From: Moniliella sp. 'wahieum'
Lineage: Eukaryota
Direction of reading: 5' to 3'
Length of the DNA stretch: 64,000 bases
Assembly (NCBI GenBank): GCA_003971905.1
Contig: RSEE01000028.1
Location: 620,001-684,000, forward strand
The notes under the pieces were generated by a model. That model saw only the letters and a list, made by a program, of their open reading frames with translations. It was not told the DNA's origin and did not search any database. The position numbers and the translations under genes are program-made. Numbering within the stretch: position 1 is the first letter of the stretch; each line of letters begins with the position of its first letter. Below are positions 38,374 through 51,900 of this stretch, one piece after another.

Positions 38374-39544
38374 ATGCCGCAAGCACAATGGGTCCCGCTC
38401 AGTGCCTACTCATTCGCCCCCGCACTGTCCAGCGCCGGGCTGATGCCTCGCCCGCGCCCGCGCCCTCGACCAATGCCCCTAGCACTCAACCCGGCCCCGC
38501 CTCCACCGACAAACCCAGCGATCAGCCTACTTCCCCCAGTCCCTCGACCCAGGAACCAACCTCCACCCTCCGACGACTACCCCCGGGACTACCGAACCCA
38601 GCAAGTCCCCGTCCACTTCGCCCTCTGACAGTCCCTCCACGTCCCCGTCTACATCACCGTCCACATCACCGTCTACATCGCCTTCCACGTCGCCGTCCAC
38701 GTCGCCATCTACCTCGCCGTCTGCCTCGCCATCTACCTCACCTTCCCCATCGACTTCGCCTTCCACCTCGCCCTCGTCTTCCTCTCCTGCATCGAAGAGC
38801 TCAGACAAAACATCTGCCAGCCATTCTACTTCGGCCACTTCCGCTGGTACCACAGGCCTCTCTTCGTCTTCGTCTTCGTCTTCCTCTTCCTCTCCCGCCA
38901 TTTCTTCCGGCGCCTCTAGCCACAGTGGTGGGACGAACTGGGGTACGTATTTCTTCATCGTTTACTTTTTTCCCCTGCGGGCAGGACACTGATGCATCTG
39001 CTTAGGCGCTATCATTGGTGGTGTCGCTGGAGGGGCCGCTGCACTTGCCATTCTCGCTTTTGCCATTATCATTCCGCTCCGGCGGCGCAAGAGGAGGCAA
39101 GAGCAGGTAGATTGGCTCATTATGCAAAAGAAAGAACGCTTTCCTTCGGATACCGATGTGGTCCTGGACGATCCCCTGCCCAGCCCTAAGGACTTTGATG
39201 ACGACTTTGATGCCAACCCGTACGCAACCCCCGCTGACGGCGGACAAACGTACGCGGCAGGTACCCAGTACTACGATCATTCTTATCCGTACGGCCCTGT
39301 GGGCGAGTATCCCACCACGCACCCAGAGGAGTATTACAGCTCCATGTTTGATCAGCCGGGGCAAGCCTACGCGGATCCTTTCAAGGACCATGTCGAGTCC
39401 CAGGGGTACGACATGTACACCTACCCTGCTTCCAATGTCAGTGGCCCCTCTGCACCGGCCCCGACTGCGGGCGAATCCTTGCCTCTTCCGACCCATTCTA
39501 CAGGCCCGGCTCACGAACCTAACCCCTACGTCGGTCTGGCCTAG
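38374..39544 (+). CDS. Mid2-like single-pass membrane protein with Ser/Thr/Pro-rich ectodomain
   Basis: S/T/P-rich repeats ~38500-38920; intron 38943..39005; TM segment AIIGGVAGGAAALAILAFAIIIPL followed by RRRKRR; Tyr/Pro-rich tail. Confidence 0.7.
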
Positions 39545-42329
39545 ATGTTGCTGTCTTGGCTCTTTCGGGCTTGGATACGAACCTTTCCTCACCAGCCTCC
39601 CTCTTCATTCGAACTCATTTTATACTTGCATTGCTCTCCCTTCTCCTTCTACTGTTTCTGCTGGCTATGTTGCCAATGTACCGCCCGTTCGCCTGTTGAC
39701 GGCGCATGGCCTGATCTAGTTACCTCACATAAGAATTTAAAGCCAAAGTCGGTCAACAGAACTACTATTGTCCCGTACCTGATCTACATCGTAAGGAAGC
39801 GAAGGGACAGGAGGACACAGGAGTGCGGATATGGCGCGACCAAGTGGTGAAAAATGGTATTGGTGCAGGCCAGAGGAATCTCCCAGGAACCTTGTTCCCA
39901 AGAACATCTCGAGGCTGGCAGACTAAACCGTACTAGGCCGACTTGACTTGCCTTTTTTCAGTGTAGTGCATATATGCTCAACCATCACAGGAATCAAGTT
40001 GCCTCGTCCTCGGTGCGATGACCTTCACACGAAAGTAAGATATGTGGCAAGCGAGAGGGGATCACGATCTGTCAACGACCGCTAATATCCTGTGTCTCAG
40101 CCCCCCCGTCGTACCGACCGGGCATTCTGCATCGCCTAGTGTGACTCGCAGAACCAGACTGCGACTTGCACCCTGAATTGGGAAGAGACGAAACAAGTGG
40201 GTGCGGTCAGTACCTAAGACTATTGTCGCGTGGCGTCGCGTCTGCATCAGTGGTATGCCACTTGCGCATTCTTTACCTTTCCCTCAGGCTTGCACGCCTT
40301 CTATCCGAGCTTGGCGAGGGGGAAACCGGTAGATTCTTAGCCTTCTTACCAGACCAAAGATGCTCTCACCTTTTCACGTCCGTTGACACATACAGCCTAC
40401 ACATACACACACACACACACACTGATCGTCATGCCGCACCACCAACACCATATCGTTCGGACCCGAATTGCGTCGGACGGAGACCGCGAAGGAACAGAGC
40501 CGAAAAACGGCATGATCCGTACGTGCGCACTTGAGCCCACCATCTTGACACCGCAGCCCGCGATTCCATCCCTGTGTGGGCTGCATGGGAGGCACGGATG
40601 TCATTGCCCGGAGGGTGAGCGGGGGGGGGCTGGTCTGACTGAGCCCCTCGAACCGTGGAAGGAGGTCCAAGCAAAACCTAAGGCTCCCGGATCGAACCTG
40701 AAACGGGAGAGAGCGTAACCACACGATTAGATTGTACGCGTACCACCGTGTCTGTAAGGGTGCGGACGGCGCCGGGGGGGGTATCATCGAAATCATCTGT
40801 AAGTGTCACGGGCGGGCGCCGCCCGGGGCCGGCGGCCCGTCGCTTGGGGGTTACGGGGTACAATCCCTTGGAGGTCCTAAGGTCGACTCTCGGTAGTTAC
40901 GTGCATGGGCTCTGATTGGTGGGTCCGAGAGGGGCTAGAGACAAGTAGAAGCCTCTCGGCGTATAGCAGACGCGGCTGCAAGTGTGCCAAAGCTGCGTAG
41001 CGTAGAACCGACTTGGGCGACAGTAGCGTGTCTGAAGCCGTCGGGCTCAGGGATTGCGGGGAGTGGCAGCGGAGGACAAAGACAGCCAAAGCTGGGTCTG
41101 GACTGGGACTTGGGGGCGGCGTGGCTGGACAAGGGATCACACGCAGCTGAACTGGGCTGGGCTTCGACATGCCACGTGGGAAGCACACGCGAACTGGGTT
41201 GTCCGCGGGACGGATAGCTGAAGACGGGAGCTTGTGGACGAGGCCAGGAAACGTAGGAGCAACTAAGAGGAGTTGCCTGTACTGGGTTGATCTAATTGAC
41301 GAGGAGAGTAGGGGGAGACGCCAATGAACCGTGGGGAAAACCCACGAACCATTGCTAACAGACAAGGAAACTGGATGGCCGCACGGTGGCCCCCAATTCA
41401 CTTGGGCAAGAGGCGACTATTGTCGTGCGGATACGTAGAACTGGTCGTTGCACTGGCGAGCTTGCCAGCCACGGTCGGACTGAGTTGAATCTGGGAGCGT
41501 GCTCCATTGTTGGGTAGAGCGGATGGGCTTCAAACTCAACTTCAGCGCTCAGCTGAGATCGGATCAGATCGAATCTGACCCAAAGACCAACCTGGGGACG
41601 GGGTTAGGAGGGCGAAGGGCACGCATAGGCTCCGTCGGGCTTGCCAGCCCGTTTTTGCCCGTGACAGTAAGAGAACAACACGCAGGAGGAGGAAGAGAAG
41701 CGATAACGAGACTGACTGATGAGCTCTCGGGATGAGCAGAACGGAAAGATACCTTGAAGCTGAAGCGAAAGGAACATACACAAGACAAGGTCAGATGGTG
41801 ATGTGGAAAAGAGGGGAGGGAATGGTAACGGTAAGGAAAGGTGTGTCACATGTCAGATGTCAGCGCCACCGAGCTCGTACTGAATTCCGACTCTTGTGGC
41901 GCACCCTGGTATTCCCCAACAGCGCTCCGGCCGGATGCGGCAACGCCATCGGGCCTCTGCAGTGCTTTCGTGCCGCCTGCACCACGCACCTCCGACCTCC
42001 GACAGCCAATCACGCGTCACCGCTGCTCCCGGTTGGGTGGACCAGGGCGGAGCCGGGGGCCTTATTAGCCTGAGACCGCCCACCCCATGCGCAGCCTTGG
42101 CGTTTTTTGCTGCACTGCTTGGGGTGACTCTCCACACGTGGACGTTGCACGCTGAACGTACCGAACGTCCGTGAACATACTCAGTAGCATACGGGACGCA
42201 CTATTTATATTAACCCGTACTAACCCCCCCCCTCTGCCGGGACGATGTCCAACGCAGGCTGTGCCACCGTTGCGATAAGCGGCCGCATGTGATAGACACT
42301 CTGCTGATTGCTTCTCCGCAGCCATTCCC

Positions 42330-42375
42330 CCTGAGGCCTGAGGCCTGAGGCTCAGGCCTGAGGCTCAGGCTTCAG
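42330..42375. repeat. (AGGCCT+G)n heptamer array, one of many palindromic arrays
   Basis: CCTGAGGCCTGAGGCCTGAGGCTCAGGCCTGAGGCTCAGGCTTCAGG. Confidence 0.85.
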
Positions 42376-42548
42376 GATCAAGCGCAAGTAAGAACCATGG
42401 CAGTCAATGCTGACTGGCCGGTTGGTCTCCACTACTAGCATTGAGTTCTCATAGGACCTGCCCCGCACCCCCACGAAGAGAGCGCGGCCTAGACCCATCT
42501 CTACGGCATCCAACTCTCTCGCTTTCCTCATCCCCAAACCCATCAACA

Positions 42549-45058
42549 ATGGCGTCGAATGGCCACCCACCGCAGGTGCCGCCGTACCCTATCCCCCTCA
42601 CGTCCCAGCGGCCTCCTCCTCCTAACTCATCCCCGCTAAACTACTATTCGCCACCTCCTAACCCACCGCCGCCGAACCACTATCCTCACCAACCAGTGCT
42701 ACCGCCAAGCTCCTGTCCTCCTGCTCCTCCTCCGCCGCCAACCCACTATCCTTACCACCCTCCGCCGCTGACAAACTGCTATCCGCAAGGACCCCCCCCG
42801 CCTCCGGTCCCCCTGCCGCCGCCGACAAACCGCTATCCCCAAGGACCCCCGCCGCCTCCGGTCCCCCTGCCGCCGCCACAACCTGCTCGGTACGCACAGA
42901 AACAGCAATACGACCATCGCCCACCGCCGCCTCTTCCTCCACGGCATCAGGGTGCTCCACCGCCTGTGCCGCCGCGTCCGACCCCGGGTCCTAGTCATCA
43001 ACGTGTCCAAGAGTCATCGCGTGCATCGCAATCGCAGCCGCCAGTCCCTATTCTGACGGCAGCGACTTTGTCGGATCCCGTAGGGAACACCTTGGCCAAC
43101 AGAGTGGCAGCTATCCAGCTGGCAAGTAATGCATCAAACGCTGCGCAATCTTCACGACTAGCCCAATACGGGGAAGGATACGCTTCAAACATCCCACGCC
43201 CAGCAGACCCTGCACCTCCGTCTGTCCGCACTCCGCACGCTTCAATCCGCCTCCCTATTTTCGAACCTGTCCGTAAGGATGGGCCTGCCAACGAGATCGT
43301 TCGAATGTGTCCAGGGCAGAGCGACAACACGTACGACAGCTATTTCTACTACCACCGTGCAGTGAAAGAGTTTCGGGTGTGCACATTTTGTCACGTTAAA
43401 TATGTACACGCCTCCCCTTTTGCCAGTGAGTTCGTCAAAAGTGACCAACCCACACAAGGCTGGATTTGCTATTTCAACTGCCCTCGCGTGACCAAGAAGC
43501 TGTGGCCGCTCGCTATTAGCACGGGAAATCTGCAGCCGCTCCGGACCTACATGACCAAGCGCGTGACGATCAAGAACTGCCAGGGCGCTGCAGGTGTGGA
43601 CGACAAGGAAGGATTCAAGTGGTACACAGGCAAATCCAATGCTATTAGCATGCTTGCGATTTGCGCTGCTTGCTACGAGCAGAGCGTTGTGGGATCTGGA
43701 ATAGAAGATGAACTGAAACCACTGCACCAGCCCCCAAATGTTCCCTTCTCCTGCGACGCTGCCTTGAGATACATTGACGGCCTTCTCGAAAAGGCTGCCG
43801 AGACATGTTCCGTGTCTGCAAACCAGTTTGTTTCAGGAGTGTCGGAGCGCATGGCGCTGCAGCCCTGCCCGGGCGTGCCCATCGATCCGACCAAAACCAA
43901 TATGGTCTGGTACCAGCCTACCGGGCATCCAGGATCACGGCTCGCGATCTGCAGAACGTGTTACCTTGACTATGTTGCAATGTCCGACTTCTCTGCCGAA
44001 TTCCAGCCAATGAGCGCGCGCGAGGCGAGCAGCGTGAACCCACGCAGTTGCTACTTCACTTCGCACGGAGCCGTGTTTGCCTGGCTGTTCTGTGCGTGGC
44101 TGCTGAAGGACCTTCAGATGTGGCGCCGAATTGCTCAGGCCATATCTTGTTCACCTGACTGCTACGCAACATCCCTGACGCGACAGTCAACCACGTGGTA
44201 TGCTTTCCCCGCCGGTCCTAATGGCCAAAGGGAAAATTTTGACATCTGCACCGGCTGTTTTCACTCCATCATCGTTCCCAGCAAGGCGGATCACCTCTTC
44301 GAACGGGTCACACCGGCAAACACACCGGGCTATAACCCCCAGGCGACCATCATCTGCGACTTGAGCCGTCAAAACCCCAAGCAGGGCGTGTATTACCAAC
44401 GATTGCTGTGGGCGCTGAATTTCAGCGATCTGGGGATCTTCAGGGGTTTTGTGGGACGCATGGAACGCATCCCTCCTTGTCCCGCCGATTCGCATAAACA
44501 GAGCGCCCGTGCACCATCGTGTTTGGTATGGATTCCCGGAATGCTGTACGATTTGTGAAAGCTGCTATGAGGAAGCGGTGCGTGGTTCGGCCCTTGAAGA
44601 CAAATTGCCGGTGAAGGGCGAGATTGTGACTATCGAGGCGAATTCCAACACCATGGTGCCTATATGTGAGCTTTATTCGGCGCGGATGCGCAGATGCTGG
44701 GCAGACGCATGTCGAGCGGGCTCAAGCGGTCTGGATGGCTTTCTGACCATTGCTCGCGAACGGCGTGCCGTAGCTGCACGGATCATGCCACAGCTACAAT
44801 TCCTTCTTCACCAGCAACAGATGGGCAACTTCCAGTTGCTACTCGCGTCCAACAATGCGACAGTGGCGAATTTCTCCATGGCAGGCAGCGCATTGTTGCC
44901 AATGGGCTATATGATCAGCGATGGATGCGGTTACGCTGGCGCATACGAGTGCAAAGGCGTCGATTGCAAACCAAGAGTTCCAGCAACAATTTCGGCTCAA
45001 CACAATGACTCATGGGCAGTTCCAGCTCCTTCTTGCTGAATGGAAGCGATATGAATAA
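42549..45058 (+). CDS. Protein with Pro-rich N-terminus and five Cys-rich C..(W/F)Y..(I/V)CxxC repeats
   Basis: ORFs 42441..44558 and 44449..45039 join by indels. ATG 42549; probable true end ..QLLLAEWKRYE-TAA at 45056-45058; no intron seen. Confidence 0.8.
42762..42878 (+). repeat. 54-bp coding tandem duplication (TNxYPQGPPPPPVPLPPP x2)
   Basis: Two near-identical copies visible in both DNA and protein. Confidence 0.85.
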
Positions 45059-48000
45059 CGAATGTGCTGGCTCGTTCAATGAGGAGGGCTCTCCGTGTGG
45101 TGTTTTGTGAATCAAAAATGGTTGCTATTACTACATGGTGCGTATATCCTGGTGCCGTTTGCCCTCTCCAATAGCAGACGATGTCAATGTAGCAACTAGT
45201 ATATGTAGAGAGCGTTTATCGATTATCGTTCATCATAGAAACTCTTTGAGCTCCTATGGATTCGAAAGGGCTCCCTAGTGTCATAGAGTGCACTGTGGAA
45301 AGTCTGTGCTCAGAATACGGCGATGTCTCACGGGCAGAGCGTCGTATCGACAGCAACGCAAGTAGACTTTTACCTGAGCAAAGAGGACTCTTCCAACGGG
45401 TCAGGTAGAGAGAAAAGGACGGGCGAGTAGCGCCCGGATGAGGTTAATTTAACGCGTATAATGTAAAGGGAGTTTTGGCAGGTGCAGGAGCAGAGCATGG
45501 GCAGGAGACGGTAGATATAGGCTTTTCGCGTTTATGCGGGGGGGGGGGGTGGGCAAACCGCAGCGCAGCATATGGTGTCTGATAGACGAGAGACCTGGAC
45601 GAAAGAGTGTGATGACCAATAATGACCATGTTCTCTTGTCGCATCTCAGCTCCACGAAAGTAGGCTCCAGATTCACCACGGCATCACGGTAACCGTTTCC
45701 TCGTGACTCGTACCCAGTTTGGCACTGTAATCATGTGGGCAAGAAAGTTGCCTTTGGCCACCTCGGGAGGGTAAACGACCCGGGAAAAAAAAGAGGCGCT
45801 GGTAGGACTCCTTGGCCACGTGGCATAGGCATTCCTATGTCGATCTAGTCCGATTGGAATGACACTCCACTCCAGTGACCCCAGCTCTTCTGGCTCCGGG
45901 GCTGGAGTCGACGGGTTTTCGCTGGGCGTTCTTCCCTCCGCCTGTCTGTTAGGCACATACTCAATCCGTGGCTGTGAAAGCCCGCTTTGAGTCGGGCGTT
46001 GGGTCCCTGGCTTCCCGCTGGGCGCCCTCTAACCCAAAGGAACTGGCTATAGAGTTCCGCGTCTCGCCCGCTCCGGATTGCTTACCTTCGCGCCCTCGTT
46101 CCTCTCCTTCCTCTTGTCCCTATTGCATTGAAGGTTGAACTAGCGTCAGTAGCTTACGAGAAGCTATCTCTGACAGTTCCCGTGCCACAGTGCAATCGTC
46201 CTTAGCTTGGTAGCGTAGCTACTTCCCAGTTAACGACAACCGCGGTTCTGGGCTCTCACAGGTGTGACCGTTATCGCGCTTACCGATTGATCGCTCAGTT
46301 TAGTGCTTCGCCCTAGCCCCCCCCCCCCCCCCAGTCTCATGCATCTCATGTCCTGAAGATTTTTATCATTTGAACAACCAGTGCTATTACGCCCCTTTTC
46401 GTCGTGCCAGCTGCCCCAACTTGGCGAGCCCCATAGCCGTTGAGCGTAAATAAGAGGCGGCTTGTACCCAGTTGCCCTTTCCCTCTCTACTACCAGCTTC
46501 ATCCTGAGATGCCCTCTACCCTGCTTGTTTCCGCCAGCATCTCTTTGACTCCCTACGAAATGATGGGCACAATTGGCAAAACTTAAACCGACCGGGGCGC
46601 AGCGGTTCTGTCCCGCCGCTCGCTCATAGTTAGTTCGGCATATAAACAAAGGGCACTGCGATGGTAGTGTGAGTGGATTTGAGATCTGATTTGAGCACAA
46701 CGAGAGGAAACTGAAAGATCCTCGGTCGCACAGGTTGGCTCCAAGCCTGTTCGTATAAGCGCTCGCGAGGTAATTAGCTAGTCTTAACGCGGGAGACAGT
46801 CCCAATATCTTAATCATACCTGCCCGCGAGATCATCAGCCAACACCGCTTCAGATTGGTCTCCAGCTCCGCATCATGTGTCCGTTCCACGCCCAGCATGT
46901 ACAAATGTGTGTTATGTCCTTGCTTGAGCACTTCTTAACATGCACCTACTTTCGGCATCGCTACCATCGTTGGATGTGAGCACCGAACGTTTGGTATAAG
47001 GAAGACGAAATTTCTGCAACTGAATCGTCAGAGGACTTGTGCGAGCTGGGAAGAAGGAAGACGCTGATTCACAGGATTCAGGGTCAGCACGGTTCTGGCA
47101 CCAATTTCAACACTGGCGCCCAGTCCAAAGCTGGCCCCTGGACAACTAGGTGGTGAGGGCGATGATGCTCAACTCGTGGGCAACATCCTCGATACTCAAT
47201 CAGCCAACTGTGGAGGAACAGCACGAGACTAGGACTGGGATCAAGACGATTTCCAAAGACTACCGAGTGCTAGGACCTGTGGACCATTCAGGGGATGATC
47301 AGAAATGGAGTGGGACTACCCATTGCGGGACAGGGGACCACAAATAGTGATATATCCGTACTTATGGATAGTACAAGCGAACACTGCCATTCCTGCTAAC
47401 ACCCCCCCCCCCCCCCCCCCCCCCGAGAATGGGGGCTGTTTCTACTGCCGGAACGAACACATTGCTACAAGGATTCCAAATACCAGGGACGTACCCGAGA
47501 CCCTCCTCCGCTTTGGTCACGACAATGCAACGATTGTGTGCCACGAAAACGGTGAATAAAATGTTTGGACATTGGAAACAATTAATTAACGAGTCTGACT
47601 CTTAATGGAGCTGCGTCACTCCACGGATATGTCCCAGCCTCAATCGTATCCAAAAGAGCACCCTCGATCTTTGAATCAGATAACGGACTCTGGAGCATCT
47701 GATCTGCTGGCGAGACCTCTAGTTTCCTGAGTTAATGCATTGTCAATTATATGTTTCAATATAGTGATTAATCAGTCACAAAGAACCACACACCGTGTTA
47801 GGTGTCCCATGTGAAGTCAAGCTATTGTTTGTGTCCCCATGATTGTAACAGGTAATAAATCGCCACACCACTGAACCTGAGAACAAAGACTGCCCTTACC
47901 GAGTGCCAGGATTCGAGTCACTGGATGGAACGAAGAGCACCAGTATCAGACATCTGAACAATTTTCACCCTTCGTCAGTCGAGCGCAGCGATCCTCAGTT

Positions 48001-48905
48001 GAACTGTGACTATCTCAGTATCCACGGGAGAATGGCCACCAAAAAGGCCAATGCAGTTAGAAACGCTGGAAATTCTGGATGCCGTGAATATGGATCGTCC
48101 GGTTTCTCACGATCCTCTGGGCGGTATAGCAATGCCTTGCCCAAGAACATCCTCCTGTCGCCGATTCCTGTTCACTACGAGAAGGTTGCTCTACTATTTT
48201 GCAGAGGAGACATTTCCTGCGAGTTGGACAGTATGCATTTCGAAAATTCATAAACAATGGGGTGTGGTTACCGGATGAAGGTTACGCACTCACCCAAAAT
48301 AAGCAACCTTAGCCAGCGGATGATTTCGTTGTCATTGTCATCATTTCTGCAAATTGTTGTACGGGTTAATTGCGTGCTTAAGTGGTTGCATGGAGATCAA
48401 ATCTTCCTTTTCTTCTTTAATGGGGGCATGGCTCTTGTCAGATCTATGCAGTGAATATCTTCACTACCTCCGTGTCCAGGTCGCTGTGCACTCCAAATAT
48501 CATGAACACCATATGCTACTTAGTGGTGAGAAATGTAGTCATCCAAACACATGTCCTGATGGACTGCGTATGCTGAAGAGACGAATATTGGGGCGGCATT
48601 CCAAATCTTAAAATGGGGCAGTTGATTGTATCTGTGGGCACTCAGCCAATGTGTGACAAGTGAAAGCAACGCTTCACAATTAATTGTCGACTATTTTCTG
48701 TCGCCCTTGCAACTACCACTGCATGTGGGTACTATACACCCGATTAGGCAAGCAGTCTCTGGGACTGAATTGTCTAGAAGACTGGCTGGCTTTAACAAGG
48801 GTAAATTATCTTGGCTTGGCCTAGGAGAGTCGACTATGATTGGCCCGGCCGAGCGCTGAAGTTGGGAAAGGGCATTCCGTAGTGTTCATGCCCAGATTTT
48901 AACAA

Positions 48906-48961
48906 TTCTAATACCAATTATAAGGCCACTAGGTTCTAATACCAATTATAAGGCTACTAGA
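48906..48961. repeat. 28-bp direct tandem duplication
   Basis: TTCTAATACCAATTATAAGGCCACTAGG followed directly by TTCTAATACCAATTATAAGGCTACTAGA. Confidence 0.9.
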
Positions 48962-51900
48962 GGCGGGTTTTCATTGCAGTTCGAAGCAGAGCAGCGGATT
49001 GGCTGGAGAATCCATACATTATCGACACCATCCTAAACTAACCCCTTCCACAAAATGACCATGCTTCAATGACGTGTTGACGTCTATGAGTTCGTAGGCT
49101 TGGTCCTTCGCCGTGCCAGGACGAGCGAAGGGAGGTGTCCCCTGGTATGATGTTTTGCACACGTTGTTGGAGAGCAGCGATCAAAGAGATGTTAAACGCG
49201 GGATGACCAGGCCGGATTGATACTTCCGCGAAATTGGGATCAGAAAGCCAGCAATCCTCATTCACTTTCGGAGCCTGTCTTTTCGAGGTGGTGGACGTTC
49301 CTTGGGCAGGTAGCCGCTCAGGAAGCCAGCGTACAAGGGTTGTTAACCGATATTTTAATAGATTCTCTGGACGGAATCAAAGCAGCAGTTTTGTAGCACT
49401 CCCTCAATGTTATTGATGCGTATTGTGCGGCTAAATGGGGATGGTGCTACAGTCATACCATTCACTGCCTAGCTCCGACAAGAGCTATGCTCCCATTCAC
49501 AGGAAGGGAAAAGATAAGAACGGGGCTGCTGCAGAGCGCCATTGGTCACTATCACCAGCGCAACACGCCAATTAATCCACACAAGAAGATGTGCTTGGAA
49601 GAACACTGACTACTGACTGATGAACCAGCGAAGGTCGCGCTATTCTCAAGTTCTCAGAAGATATACGCTTTCGGTCAGTGTGCCAACAGCATTTTTAAAT
49701 CCACTTCCGCCCCATCTCACAAAAGGCTTTCAGGGTCGGCGGGACTAAGAACCGCTTTTCGGGCGGAATCCCATCCCTCACGACCGAAAGAAGGAGGGGC
49801 GTGCGTAGCATTGGCATGTTCATATTTGCCTGCTCTTCTCATGTCTTCCGTCCCACTCATCGAATTTCTCGAACCGTCTAGGATGAATGCACCAATCGGG
49901 TAAACGGTATTGCATCACGTTGTTGGATCCGACAGTCACTATTTCGCGACGACTGCTGATACGTCACGAGGCGAGCTTTGGGTCGCCTTTCACAGCCACA
50001 TCCACTCCCATGTCGTAGCTCTTGCTTCTCCCTTTCTCCATATCACTACTTACGTTCTCTAATATATTTGCTATCGTGACTCGGATTCTCTGGCTATTTA
50101 TGAACCGGTTGACAACAATCGTCTCTTCTCCATTGGCGCTCATCTAAAATCCAAAACACTACTCATGGTTTCGACTGGTTTTCATAAGACCTGGAGTTCG
50201 GATGGTCCTCAATGGCGATGCAATCGTCCTGGTAGCGGTAGTGGTCTAAGCCAACCAGCACGCCTACAAAGGAACATCAAGCAGCGGGTCGCCACCAGGG
50301 GCGGGCCAAGCGCGGAACAAAAAAAAGGGAGATAAGACTACGAAAATCCATGGGTCTGGGGAGGAATTGAAGGGACGTTGGCTAAAGCAGGACACCCGAT
50401 GGCTCAATAGGTTTCCCCTCATTTTCTCGTCTTGAGCTCGCTTTGGCCTTGACCCTCGGCCTCGTCTCTCACCTCGTGCCTTGCGTGCTTGGTCCTTTTC
50501 CCCCCCTTTTCGTTGTAGACGTGTTCGTCTTTAGTTTGTTCCCCTCTCTTCTATCAAGCATGCCTGTTCTTCGATCAAATCGTGATGGCCCACCAAGCCG
50601 CCCATCATTCTTTTCCCCTCACCCTTCTTTTATGAAAACTCCATTCCAGAAGAACTACCTCTCCGATCAGCTCGCTTGTCCTCTTCGCCCATCGGAGCGC
50701 CGCACTTTCTCGTCCGGCCCGTAACGTGAAACTCCTTGCAGACGCTACCTGGCTCTGCCTGACGAACAGCAAAGCACTGCTTGCGACCTCCTACGTTCAG
50801 TCCAGTTTCCTTGGACTGTGAATCTGACACGCGCGTTCAGTTTTCCGTGAGTATTGTCTCGGATGGGCAGGGATGGCCCCGCCTGGGAAGCCAGCAACCC
50901 CATTGCAGGGTGATCCTATGAGCCGCAGCGTCATCTTTCCGGTCAGGCGATCTCATATACGGCGAGGCGATGACGATGCTCCTTCCCGCATCGCCTTCCA
51001 AGAGGGGGTCACAAACCCAGATTGTATCCTCGTTCGGTTCGGGCCAAAACACTACACCCCATCTGACCACTGCCGCCGCTGTCTCTTCCTCTTTTTATGA
51101 CAATGATGTTCATATACATCGCCAACCCCCCGCCACCGAGCTCTTGGGCCACGCCATGTGCGCTTAAAAGCATGATAAAGCCTCCATGGCCCACTTATCA
51201 TATCGTGGCCGCTGTCAAAAGGGTCCATATGGCCTTCAGTTGTGCCCGCGGAGGTCTGTACGCGACAATATATGGTGGACGAACGATTTGGCGCCTGTGC
51301 ATTACGCCACAGCCCGAGGCTTCTGTCCCGTGCCGATGAAGCTGGTGCTCTCCTGACCGGCTTAATTCCTGATGATTGGATACTCGAGCATGAGGACGCC
51401 GTGGTTCGCAGGGATTTGTAACCTGCGACATCTTTAACCTGTCGAACTTCCTCGTTAGTGGAGACGGGTCATGTGTGCATATAGCTAAGCCCATGCAGCT
51501 TCTTTCCCTTTCTCGCCTTGGCCGGTTCCAGCACCAACCCGACCTCTTCCTGCTTCTGAGCCCAAACGACTCGAAATTCGCTCCCAACCCCAACCTATTT
51601 TTGATCGTAGGGTGCGATTGTACTATAGCTCGATGGCCGAGAGTGTGGCTACGTATCCTTGGCACGAGAGAGAGCTCCTTCCCCTTTGTCTGTTTGCATT
51701 TACTTCTAAATGGCGCTGCTTTTCTATTATGGGACTGAGCTCTCGCCGTCGTCTTCCTTCTTTCGAGTTCCTTGCCCCCGTGGGGAAAGAGAGCATCTTT
51801 TTCTTGGTGACCGCGCTCCTGAATCCCGTGCTTTCCTTCAGTTTTCCCTCGACTGCGCTGTTTCCATTTACTCACTGCCTGAATGCAGTAGGTCGTGGCT

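Noticed and set aside
49734..49785. Nested hairpin GGTCG..GGGA..CCGC/GCGG..TCCC..CGACC as an ncRNA
   Set aside because: Stems are only 4-5 bp with large bulges and no recognisable family; plausible by chance.
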